Shown piece after piece: positions 16,088 through 24,246 of a stretch of 32,000 bases of DNA. This DNA comes from Pengzhenrongella phosphoraccumulans. GTDB taxonomy: Bacteria; Actinomycetota; Actinomycetes; Actinomycetales; Cellulomonadaceae. Each line of letters starts with the position of its first letter. Positions within the stretch are counted from its first letter, which is position 1. Made by a program: the position numbers and the translations under genes. Under the pieces are notes generated by a model. It saw only the letters and a list, made by a program, of their open reading frames with translations. It had not been told where the DNA came from and searched no databases. Location: the NCBI RefSeq assembly GCF_045689905.1, contig NZ_CP144210.1, forward strand, positions 357,240 through 389,239. The letters run 5' to 3'.

Positions 16088-17390
16088 GACCGCTCCACCG
16101 TGAGGTCGAGGAAGTGCGTCGCGCACGAGATGCACGGGTCGTAGTTGCGGATGGCCGCCTCGCACCGGTGGGATAGGTCGTGGTCGGACAGCTCGACCCA
16201 GCGCTCGGCAAGAGTGCGCATGTCCGCCTCGATGCTCGGCTGGTTCTGCGAGGTCGGCGGCACGATCTGCGCGTCCAGGATCGTGCCGGCCGCGTCCAGG
16301 CGGTACCGGTGGAAGAGCACCCCGCGGGGGCCTCGGTCGCACCGAAGCCCTCCCCGGCGCGCGCGGGCACGGGGACCGAGGGCGGCACGCCGTCGCGCCA
16401 GGCGTCGATGATCGCCAGCGCCTCGTGGAAGATCTCGACCAGCTCGACCGCGCGCACGATGATCGACCGGAACGGGTTGCGGCACGTCTCGCCGAGCCCC
16501 GCCTCCCGGGCCGCCTGCTGGGCGAGCGGCGACAAGCGGTCGAAGTTCAGCGTGTAGCGGGCCAGGGGGCCGACGACGTAGGGGCCGCCGCCGTCGAGCC
16601 GCGCGTGCAGCGAGTTCGAGTGCGCGACGTGGAACTCGGTGATGTGCTCGGTGAACTCGCGCACGTCGAACGCGGTCCCGGCGGTCGTCACGACGTTGCC
16701 CGACTCGATCGGGTACCCGCTCTCGGGGCGCAGCGAGAGGTAGGTGTACGGCTGCTCGAAGTCGGGGAAGTCGAACGTCGACACCAGACGCACCGTCTCG
16801 AGCGCATCCTCGAGCGCTCGCTCGAGGGCCGGCCGAAGTCCCATGAGCTCGGCCACCGTGGGCATCCGGTAGAAGCCGCCGAGCTTGACGTTGATCGGGT
16901 GCACCGAGCGGCCCCCGACCAGGGTCATCAGCTGGTTGCCGACCTTCTTCAGCCGCAGGCCACGTTCGACGGCGTCCGGGAAGTCCTTCGCCATCTCGAT
17001 CGCGCCGGGGTACCCGAGGAAGTCGGGGGTGTGCAGCAGGTAGATGTGCAGCGCGTGGCTCTCGATCCACTCGCCGCAGTACAGCAGCCGCCGCATGGTC
17101 CGGATCGTGTCGGGCACGCTGACACCGCACGCGTCCTCGAGCGCGAAGCACGCGCTGAACTGGTAGGCGACCGGGCAGATCCCGCAGATGCGGGCGGTGA
17201 TGTCCGGCGGCTCGGTCCACGCCCGACCCCGCAGGAACGCCTCGTAGAAGCGGGGCGGCTCGAAGATCCGCAGCTCGACCGCGCCGACGTGACCGTCCTT
17301 GATCTCGAGGTGCATGCCCCCCTCGCCCTCGACGCGCGACAGCGTGCCGACGTGCAGCACCTGACCGCCGTCGGTCAGCTTGTGGCTCAT
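16084..17390 (-). pseudogene. hyhL: [NiFe]-hydrogenase group 3b large (alpha) subunit, interrupted by a 1-nt frameshift as assembled
   Basis: The N-terminal frame (17390 down to ~16330) has RVEGEGG and RICGICPVAY and ends at ..GFGATEAP. The C-terminal 81 aa (RGVLFHRY...NYDPCISCATHFLDL, stop 16084) continue in the -1 frame. The junction is at the G5 run 16326-16330 (C5 on the coding strand). One extra C would give an intact 435-aa protein. This may be a sequencing error. Confidence 0.85.
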
Positions 17391-18196
17391 GTCATCGCCC
17401 CCTCGTCGCGCGCGGGCTCATGTCGTTCGCTCTCGCGGCGGAACGGCTCGGACGCGGCATTGAACGTCCGATAGATGCGCATGACCTCGTCGTCGGCCAT
17501 GCCGAGCGCGATCAGGCGGTCCGAGAGCGCGACGGTGTTCGGGGAGTCCTGCGGCCCGAAGCAGCCGTAGCAGCCGCGCGCGAACGCCGGGCAGAGCGCG
17601 CCGCAGCCCGCCTGCGTGACCGGTCCGAGGCACGGCGTGCCGTTCGCGACCGCGACGCACACCGCACCGCGCCGCTTGCACTCGACGCACACGCTGTAGG
17701 TCGGGATGCGCGGCACGCGACGCTGGATGTAGGCCGCGAGGACCTCGAGCAGCTGGTTCTTGTTGATGGGGCACCCGCGCAGCTCGAAGTCCACGCTGAC
17801 GTGCGCCGAGATCGGCGTCGACCGCGCCAGGGTCGACAGGTACTCCGGGTGCGCGTACACGATCGACCGGAACTCCGCGATGTCCCCGAAGTTGCGCAGC
17901 GCCTGGATCCCGCCGCTCGTCGCGCACGCGCCGATGGTCACGACGTGCTTCGACATCTCGCGGACCTGGCCGATGCGTTCGATCTCCTCGGGGGTCGTGA
18001 CCGATCCCTCGACGAGGGACACGTCGTAGGGCCCGTCCACGACGGCGCGCGTCGCCTCCGGGAAGTAGGCGATCTCCACCTCCCCCGCGAGGGCCATGAG
18101 CTCGTCCTCGCAGTTGAGCAGGGTCAGCTGGCAGCCGTCGCACGAGGCGAACTTCCACACGGCCAGCTTGGGCAGGGTCGACGACTGGGTGGTCAT
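17387..18196 (-). CDS. hyhS: [NiFe]-hydrogenase group 3b small (delta) subunit
   Basis: [16 protein letters not shown] and GCP motifs plus a Cys-rich C-terminal half ([31 protein letters not shown]). Its stop overlaps the hyhL ATG (ATGA). Confidence 0.88.
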   Translation of the reverse strand: MTTQSSTLPKLAVWKFASCDGCQLTLLNCEDELMALAGEVEIAYFPEATRAVVDGPYDVSLVEGSVTTPEEIERIGQVREMSKHVVTIGACATSGGIQALRNFGDIAEFRSIVYAHPEYLSTLARSTPISAHVSVDFELRGCPINKNQLLEVLAAYIQRRVPRIPTYSVCVECKRRGAVCVAVANGTPCLGPVTQAGCGALCPAFARGCYGCFGPQDSPNTVALSDRLIALGMADDEVMRIYRTFNAASEPFRRESERHEPARDEGAMT

Positions 18197-18197
18197 G

Positions 18198-19070
18198 TCA
18201 CAGCTCCCGACTCGACAGCAGCGGCGCGAGGCGGTCGTAGGTGAGCACCGGCCCGTCGACGCAGACGAACAGCTCCCGGAGCTGGCAGTGCCCGCACAAC
18301 CCGACGCCGCACTTCATGTTGCGCTCCATGGACATTCGGATCCGATGCTCCCGAACGCCCCGGTCCACGAGGGCTGCGGCGGAGAACCGCATCATCACCT
18401 CGGGCCCACACACGAACGCGGTCGTGTGGCGCGGGTCGAAACCCGCCCGCGGGATCAGCTGGGTGACGAGCCCGACCTTGCCGCGCCAGGCGTGCTGGCC
18501 GTTGTCGACCGTGACCTCGACGACGATGCCGTGGTCGTGGGCCCAGGTGCGCAGCTCGTCGCCGAACAGGATGTCCTCCGGGGTGCGCACGCCGTAGAGC
18601 AGCAGGACCCGGTCGTACCGGTCGCGGTGGGCGATCAGCTCGCAGATCGCCGGCCGCAGCGGCGCGAGGCCGATCCCGCCGACGACGAACACGACGTCGC
18701 CGCCCGCGGCCGAGGCCATGTCCCACGAGGTCCCGTACGGTCCGCGGACCCCGAGCAGCGAGCCGACCGGGGCGGCGATGAGCGCGTGCGTGACGACGCC
18801 GACGTCGCGGATCGTGTGCTCGAGCGGCCCACCGAGGGCCGGGTCACCGCTGATCGAGATCGGCACCTCGCCGACCCCGAAGGCGTCGAGCATCGTGAAC
18901 TGACCCGCCGCGTACTGCATCGGGGGCGCGTCCACGGGGTCGAGCTTGAGCGTGAAGGTGTCCCGCGTGTCCTGCCGGGTGTGCCCGATGCGGTACCGCC
19001 GCGGGCGCATCGGGTCGATGGCCGCCGCGGCGGCCGCCCCGGTTCGGTGGTGACTGTCGAGCATGCTCAT
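18198..19070 (-). CDS. hyhG: group 3b hydrogenase gamma subunit (FAD/NAD(P)-binding, [2Fe-2S])
   Basis: Ferredoxin-NADP-reductase-like fold ([16 protein letters not shown]) with a C-terminal [10 protein letters not shown]...C cluster motif. Confidence 0.85.
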   Translation of the reverse strand: MSMLDSHHRTGAAAAAAIDPMRPRRYRIGHTRQDTRDTFTLKLDPVDAPPMQYAAGQFTMLDAFGVGEVPISISGDPALGGPLEHTIRDVGVVTHALIAAPVGSLLGVRGPYGTSWDMASAAGGDVVFVVGGIGLAPLRPAICELIAHRDRYDRVLLLYGVRTPEDILFGDELRTWAHDHGIVVEVTVDNGQHAWRGKVGLVTQLIPRAGFDPRHTTAFVCGPEVMMRFSAAALVDRGVREHRIRMSMERNMKCGVGLCGHCQLRELFVCVDGPVLTYDRLAPLLSSREL

Positions 19071-19100
19071 CGCGAAGCTCCCGCCCGTCCGACGTTCCCT

Positions 19101-20252
19101 CTAGCTGCGGCCCGCAGCCGGTTGCGGGGTCCAGCGCAGCGCTGCGGCCTCCGCGGTGATGTCGATCGCGGCCGGGCACCAGGTGATGCACCGGCCACAA
19201 CCCACGCAGCCCGACATGCCGAACTGGTCCTGCCAGGCCCCGAGCTTGTGCGTGATCCACTGCCGGTAGCGCGACCGGATCTCGGGTCGGATGCTGCCGC
19301 CGTGGATGTAGGAGAAGTCCTCCGAGAAGCACGAGTCCCACACGCGATGACGCTCGGCCACCTCGCCGGTGAGATCGGCCACGTCCTCGACCGAGGTGCA
19401 GAAGCAGGTCGGGCACACCAACGTGCAGTTGGTGCACGCGAGGCAGCGCGACGCGACGTCGTCCCAGCGCGGGCTGTCGACGCTGGCGTACAGCAGGTCC
19501 TTGATCCCGTCGGTGTCGAGCGTTCGCCCCATGTGCGCGACGGACCAGGCGACGACGTCGTCGGCCGCCTGGACGTCCTCGTCGGGCGCCTCAGCCGTCG
19601 GGACCTCTGCGAGGACCTCCGCGCCTCGCTCGGTGCCGACATCGACGAGGAACCGGTGTGGGCCGTCGTCGAGCAGCTCTGTCAGCGCAAGGTCGTAGCC
19701 GGCGTCCGGCCGCGGACCGGTCCCCATCGAGGCGCAGAAGCAGGTGCCGCCAGGATCGGTGCAGGTCACCGCCACGACGAACGCCCCGGACCGCCTCGCC
19801 GCGTAGCGGACGTCCGTGTGGTCGCGACCGAGCAGCACGACGTCGTGGATGGCCAGGGCGTGCAGGTCGCACGAGCGGACACCGAAGAGCGCGTACGGCC
19901 TGCCGTCGCCGGCAGCCGGGTCGCCCGGTTCGACCTCGTTGACCGTGAACTCCTCGCCCGTGCGCCGACCGCGCCAGATGAGCTCCTCGGCCGGGAACAG
20001 CACCGGCTTGGGTGACTGCGCGCCCGCGGCGTACCCGAAGAGCGCGTCATCGTTGCGGCGCCGGAGCCGGTAGTGCGCGGCATCCTGCTCGTCACCCCAT
20101 CCGCGAGGCAGGTCGTCGATCGTGGCGATGGGTGCGTGCACGATGGCGCCGTCCCGAACGGTCGGTCCCATCACGCCGTAGCCGCGAGCACTGAGGGCAT
20201 CGATCAAGCCCTGGAGCCCGGCAAGATCCAGCAACCGCTCCTCGTGCACCAT
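19101..20252 (-). CDS. hyhB: group 3b hydrogenase beta subunit (4Fe-4S dicluster protein)
   Basis: ATG at 20252 (MVHEERLLD). [16 protein letters not shown] and [12 protein letters not shown] ferredoxin motifs. The 952-aa ORF-track version is an artefactual extension antisense to the HNH gene. Confidence 0.85.
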   Translation of the reverse strand: MVHEERLLDLAGLQGLIDALSARGYGVMGPTVRDGAIVHAPIATIDDLPRGWGDEQDAAHYRLRRRNDDALFGYAAGAQSPKPVLFPAEELIWRGRRTGEEFTVNEVEPGDPAAGDGRPYALFGVRSCDLHALAIHDVVLLGRDHTDVRYAARRSGAFVVAVTCTDPGGTCFCASMGTGPRPDAGYDLALTELLDDGPHRFLVDVGTERGAEVLAEVPTAEAPDEDVQAADDVVAWSVAHMGRTLDTDGIKDLLYASVDSPRWDDVASRCLACTNCTLVCPTCFCTSVEDVADLTGEVAERHRVWDSCFSEDFSYIHGGSIRPEIRSRYRQWITHKLGAWQDQFGMSGCVGCGRCITWCPAAIDITAEAAALRWTPQPAAGRS

Positions 20253-20310
20253 GAGATGCCTCCCCGTCGAGTCCCTACCCACGCTTGCACGCGGTGGTGA
20301 GTCCGATAAA

Positions 20311-20324
20311 GGGACCTTTGTCGC
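20311..20324. promoter_or_regulatory. DosR/DevR-like box (proximal), GGGACCTTTGTCGC
   Basis: Matches 11 of 14 positions of the core GGGAC-TWWA-GTCCC. Centred about 65 bp upstream of the hyhB start. Confidence 0.35.
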
Positions 20325-20365
20325 ATACCTCCCGCGATCGGCGAGGGAGAGGCGGGATGACGGCG

Positions 20366-20379
20366 GGGACTCGAGTCCC
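20366..20379. promoter_or_regulatory. DosR/DevR-like box (distal), perfect palindrome GGGACTCGAGTCCC
   Basis: Both GGGAC / GTCCC half-sites are intact with the canonical 4-bp spacer. Only the two central W positions differ from the consensus. It lies 55 bp centre-to-centre from the proximal box. Confidence 0.45.
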
Positions 20380-20520
20380 GCGCCTGCATCGGCCTTGCAT
20401 GTGGGCGGCGCGCGGTTCGCTGCCGTGCTGCAGCTGTGCGCACGATGCCCCGGGAATCGCGCCAGATCATTGCATCGGAACCCTTGACCGTTTCGTCCTG
20501 GTTCGGTACGATTAGCACGG

Positions 20521-22188
20521 GTGTTCGATCTTCTGACTCGGTTCTGGCGACTCGATGGCGAGGGGGCGGCTGTGGACGTGACCGGTGCGCCTCTCGCCAG
20601 CATGGTGGCCGCCACCCACGGTCCTGGGGTGGCCGACGGCGGTTCGGTCGCGCGACTCGCGTGCGGGGTGGGCGGCGAGGTGGCCGCGTTGCGCGCGGCC
20701 GCTGCGGCGTTGGCCGCCGCTGCCGCGGGGGCGCCCCAGTGGGCCGGGCCCGAGCGGCAGAGCATCCTCACCGAGCTGAACCTGACCATCGACACCCTGC
20801 AGGCGATCCGGTCGAGCGTGCTCATCGCCGAACGCGACGCCGAGACGTGGCGCGGGTCCGGGGACCCGACCTTCGAAGCGTGGGTCGGACGCAAGACCCG
20901 CCTCGGCAAGCGCGGCGGGGCCGCGCGGGTGCGCCAGGCCGCCGAGCTCGACACCGTCCCCGACGTGCGCGAGGCCGTGACCGAGGGGCGTATCCCGCTG
21001 GAGCACGCCGGGATCATCGCCAAGGTCGCCGCCACCGGCACCCCCGCCCAACGCGAAGCCGCCACCTCTCCCGCCGGGCAGGAGACGTTGTTGGGGTTGG
21101 CTGCCGGGCAGGACGCGGGCACGTTCGCGCGCACCGCGGACCGGTGGGCCGCCCACGTGGACCCCGCCGGCCTGGAACGCGACCACCAGGCCCAACGCCG
21201 CGCGAGGTTCCTGCACCTGACCCACACCCCGCACGGCACCCACCTCAAAGGGCTGCTCGACTCGATCACGGGCCACCAGGTCGCCCTCGCCCTGGAAGCG
21301 GCCACCCCGCGACCGGCCGCCGACGACGACCGCGACTTCGGCCAACGCAACGCCGACGCCCTGGCCACCATCGCCGACCGCATCCTGGCGTCGGTGGACA
21401 CCAAACCCGGCGCGCACGTACCACCCCAGGTCTCCGTCATCCTCACCGAAGCGACCTGGGCCGCCGCCCAAGCCGACCGCGACCGCCGCCGCACCGCCCT
21501 AGCCACCTTCGGCTTCACCACCGACGACGACGGCGAGGTTTCCGGGCGCAGCGACACGACGAACGACTCGCGGTGCGGGGCGGGACCTGCGGTGCTCCCC
21601 GTCCTGGGGTACGCGCCGGCGACCCTCGAGGACGGCACACCCGTGCCCGCCAGTGAGCTCGGCGTGATCATGTGCGACTGCGAACTGACCCGCATCGTCA
21701 TCAACGCCGACGGAGTCCCCCTAGACCTCGGGCGCACCGAACGACTGTTCACCGGACCCCAACGCAAAGCCGTCATCGCCCGCGACCGCGAATGCGCCTG
21801 GCCCGACTGCCACGCCCACGCCCGCTGGTGCCACATCCACCACCTCGCCTGGTGGCAACGCGACGGCGGAGCCACCTCCGTGGAAAACGGTGCGTTGCTG
21901 TGCAACTTCCACCACCACGAAGTCCACCGACTCGACCTCACCCTGACCCGCCACACCACACGCGACTACAACGCCATCACCGGCATCGCCCGCGTCTGGT
22001 ACCAATTCACCGACCCCACCGGACGACAACTCCGACAGACCGAACCACCCGGGATCCAACCACCCGCACCACCACGACCACCCGAACCACCGAACGAGCT
22101 CGACCTCACTCAGGTCGATGCGCCGATCGACGCGCGCGAGATCTACCCCGACGACCTCTTCCAGACGTCAGACGCTCGCGTTGCCTGA
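20521..22188 (+). CDS. DUF222 / HNH endonuclease-domain protein (REP13E12-like)
   Basis: 555 aa with a GTG start. The C-terminal HNH region reads RDRECAWPDCHAHARWCHIHHLAWWQRDGGATSVENGALLCNFHHHEVH. The long N-terminal DUF222-type region is typical of actinobacterial 13E12-repeat proteins. Confidence 0.85.
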   Translation: MFDLLTRFWRLDGEGAAVDVTGAPLASMVAATHGPGVADGGSVARLACGVGGEVAALRAAAAALAAAAAGAPQWAGPERQSILTELNLTIDTLQAIRSSVLIAERDAETWRGSGDPTFEAWVGRKTRLGKRGGAARVRQAAELDTVPDVREAVTEGRIPLEHAGIIAKVAATGTPAQREAATSPAGQETLLGLAAGQDAGTFARTADRWAAHVDPAGLERDHQAQRRARFLHLTHTPHGTHLKGLLDSITGHQVALALEAATPRPAADDDRDFGQRNADALATIADRILASVDTKPGAHVPPQVSVILTEATWAAAQADRDRRRTALATFGFTTDDDGEVSGRSDTTNDSRCGAGPAVLPVLGYAPATLEDGTPVPASELGVIMCDCELTRIVINADGVPLDLGRTERLFTGPQRKAVIARDRECAWPDCHAHARWCHIHHLAWWQRDGGATSVENGALLCNFHHHEVHRLDLTLTRHTTRDYNAITGIARVWYQFTDPTGRQLRQTEPPGIQPPAPPRPPEPPNELDLTQVDAPIDAREIYPDDLFQTSDARVA

Positions 22189-22262
22189 CGGCCGACCCAG
22201 CGCGTCGCATGACGGCGAACCCGGCGCGTTGGCTGACGCCAGATACCGGCTGACAAGCGCGG
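22186..22262. repeat. degenerate ~24-bp tandem repeat beginning at the HNH stop codon
   Basis: Unit 1 is 22186-22209 (tgacggccgacccagcgcgtcgca). Unit 2 is 22210-22233 (tgacggcgaacccggcgcgttggc), with 18/24 identity. Decaying TGAC-initiated units follow at 22234 and 22251. Confidence 0.5.
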
Positions 22263-22272
22263 ATCGACCAAC

Positions 22273-23502
22273 TCAGGTCGCGAGTGGGAGCCATTCCCGG
22301 GCTGCCGCGACAAGTGCGGCCACCCCGATCGTGAGCGTCGGTTCGATCACGGGCGCGAACAACGGCGAGTGGTTGGACGGCAGCGCCACGGACCGGGCGG
22401 CAAGTTCAGCGAACGTCGTCGCCCCGGCGAACTCGGCCGGGTCGGCGCCGCCGAGCAGCCAGTACACGCACGGCGCGTCCGCCGCATCCGCGAGCAGGCC
22501 GACATCCTCGCTTCCCGTGACGAAACCCGGGTCGATGACCTTGGCCACCCCCGCGAGCGCGGGCTCGGTACGCACGACGGCCCCAGGATCGTTCACCACG
22601 GCCGGCGCCGTGAGGAACAGTTCGATCTCGGGCTCGCGCGGGGCCCCGGATGCGGCGGCCTCTGCCCGGACGATCCTCGTGATCGCCGCGAGCACCCGCG
22701 CGCGGACGTCGACGTCGTAGGTGCGCACGTTGACGAGCAGCTCGGCATCGTCAGGGATGACGTTGGCTGTGGTGCCCGACCGCAGCGCGCCGATGGTCAG
22801 CACGACGGTCTCGGTGGCGGCCACCTCGCGCGCAACCACCCCTTGCAGCCGCAGGACCGTCGCAGCCGCCATCACCACCGGGTCCACCGACGCCTCGGGG
22901 CGCGAGGCGTGCGCACCACGACCGAACATCGTGATGCGCAGCGAGTCCGCCGCGGCGAACGCCGCCCCGGACCGCAGCCCGATCACACCGGCCGGGAGCG
23001 GGGCGACGTGCTGACCGAGGATGACGTCCGGCCGCCCGACCCGGTCGTACAGGCCGTCGTCGAGCATGGCGCGCGCGCCGAGCACGTTCTCCTCTGCGGG
23101 CTGGAAGACCACCAGCAGGGTCCCCGCCCACGTCGAACGCTCGGCGGCCAGCCGCTCGGCGGCACCGAGCAGGCAGGTCACGTGCACGTCGTGCCCGCAG
23201 GCGTGCATCACCGGTACCTCGGCCCCGGTCTCGTCCGTGCCCGACGCCGTGCTCGCGTACGCCAGCCCCGTCCGTTCGCCCACCGGCAGGCCGTCCATGT
23301 CGGCGCGCAGCAGCGCTGTCGGACCGGCGCCGTTGTGCAGCACCCCGACGACCCCGGTCACCCCGACGCCGGTCGTGACCTCGTAGCCGCAACGCGTCAG
23401 CCAGGCCGCGACGATCGCAGCGGTGCGGGTCTCGGTGAACGCGAGCTCGGGGTGCGCGTGCAGGTCGCGGTAGACCTCACCGAGGTCGGTCGTGGCGGTC
23501 AC
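22273..23502 (-). CDS. M20-family amidohydrolase (M20D, hippurate hydrolase / N-acyl-amino-acid amidohydrolase type)
   Basis: GTG 23502 (VTATTDLGEVYRDLHAHPELAF). HACGHD metal motif and FQPAEE. The upstream 85 aa of the ORF-track version are Arg-rich and overlap the neighbouring gene. Confidence 0.85.
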   Translation of the reverse strand: MTATTDLGEVYRDLHAHPELAFTETRTAAIVAAWLTRCGYEVTTGVGVTGVVGVLHNGAGPTALLRADMDGLPVGERTGLAYASTASGTDETGAEVPVMHACGHDVHVTCLLGAAERLAAERSTWAGTLLVVFQPAEENVLGARAMLDDGLYDRVGRPDVILGQHVAPLPAGVIGLRSGAAFAAADSLRITMFGRGAHASRPEASVDPVVMAAATVLRLQGVVAREVAATETVVLTIGALRSGTTANVIPDDAELLVNVRTYDVDVRARVLAAITRIVRAEAAASGAPREPEIELFLTAPAVVNDPGAVVRTEPALAGVAKVIDPGFVTGSEDVGLLADAADAPCVYWLLGGADPAEFAGATTFAELAARSVALPSNHSPLFAPVIEPTLTIGVAALVAAAREWLPLAT

Positions 23503-23530
23503 GCGACCGCGCTGACGCTCGAGTCCGAGC

Positions 23531-23944
23531 TCACTTCGGCAACGCCCGAACGCGGTTGTTGCGCGCGTCGTGCGTGAGCTCCACGAGACCGAGCGCCTCG
23601 AGCAGCGGAGGCAGGTACATGCCGAACCGGCCGCGATAGCCGTTGCGCAGCCCGTACCACCCGCCCACGGGGTTGTCCGACGACCGGCCCCACGCCTCGA
23701 CGGTTCCGTCCGCGACGGGCTTCTTCTCGTCGGCCGCACCCAGATCAACCCAGTCACCCTGCTCGCGCAGCCACGCAGTCAGGTCCTCGATGGCTCGGGC
23801 GTGGTACTTCAGCGTCGTCGATCCGACCTGGCACACGAGCGCGGGCGGATCGGCCTGGTCATCGACGTACATCGTGTAGCCGGACGTGCCCGGTGCCGTC
23901 GTGAGCGCCCACGGATCGGCCTTGGTACCACTTCCCTGAGCCAT
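23531..23944 (-). CDS. conserved hypothetical protein
   Basis: ATG 23944 is preceded by GAGAGGA. This 137-aa ORF (DPWALTTAPGTSGYTMY..LVCQVGSTTLKYH..GGWYGLRNGYRGRFGMYLPPLLEALGL) resembles a widespread actinobacterial hypothetical. The family name is not recalled. Confidence 0.55.
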   Translation of the reverse strand: MAQGSGTKADPWALTTAPGTSGYTMYVDDQADPPALVCQVGSTTLKYHARAIEDLTAWLREQGDWVDLGAADEKKPVADGTVEAWGRSSDNPVGGWYGLRNGYRGRFGMYLPPLLEALGLVELTHDARNNRVRALPK

Positions 23945-24106
23945 CTTGTGGTTCCTCTCGCGTGGTCCGTGAGTTCGCCCGCCTGCCACCGTCTCGTGCA
24001 GGGGTGCCTCGACATTACCGATCCCGGACGCGGCCGGACAGTGTTTGGCGAGCTCGGATCCGGTCCGTGAGCGGCCGGTCCACGGCCCACCGGGACACCG
24101 GACTAA

Positions 24107-24122
24107 ATACCCCACGGGGTAC
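24107..24122. promoter_or_regulatory. CsoR/CstR-type operator ATACCCC-AC-GGGGTAC
   Basis: GC-core palindrome TACCCC-N2-GGGGTA, about 125 nt upstream of the SQR-like gene. A nearly identical copy lies at 26547-26562. This resembles the C4/G4-tract operators known for CsoR-family repressors. Confidence 0.6.
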
Positions 24123-24124
24123 AT

Positions 24125-24138
24125 GGGACCTTGGTCAC
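24125..24138. promoter_or_regulatory. DosR-like box GGGACCTTGGTCAC
   Basis: Matches 11 of 14 core consensus positions and is identical at 12 of 14 positions to the proximal hyh box (20311-20324). It lies 2 nt from the CsoR-type operator. Confidence 0.3.
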
Positions 24139-24246
24139 TCACCAACCGGATCCGAGGTTCCTAGCGTGGAGTGCGAGGTCAAGTCACCGATGGGTTCATC
24201 ACAAAACTGCATTCGACACATCACCGCAGATGCGAAGGAGCAAGCC

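Noticed and set aside
15717-16325. Arg-rich C-terminal tail of about 200 aa on the hyhL N-terminal frame, which might suggest a novel extended large subunit.
   Set aside because: It is the out-of-frame read-through product after the 1-nt frameshift. It overlaps the protease gene and has no protein-like composition. The true C-terminus (DPCISCATH) is in the -1 frame.
16320-16332. Programmed -1 ribosomal frameshifting as the primary explanation for the hyhL (and CoADR) frame breaks.
   Set aside because: It is kept only as a minor alternative. There is no canonical X XXY YYZ heptamer, no obvious downstream pseudoknot, and no known precedent in these enzyme families. C5/C6 homopolymer miscalls are a far commoner cause.
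19101-21959. 952-aa ORF suggesting a giant HyhB fusion.
   Set aside because: Only the C-terminal 383 aa (from ATG 20252) look like protein. The upstream 570 aa are Arg/Ser/Ala/Trp-rich and lie antisense to the well-supported DUF222/HNH gene and the intergenic region.
24190-24246. Upstream ATG (MGSSQNCIRHITADAKEQA...) as the start of the SQR-like gene.
   Set aside because: The codons in this stretch have poor GC3 compared with the rest of the gene. A strong GAAGGAG RBS sits just before GTG 24247, and the Rossmann motif begins immediately after that start.
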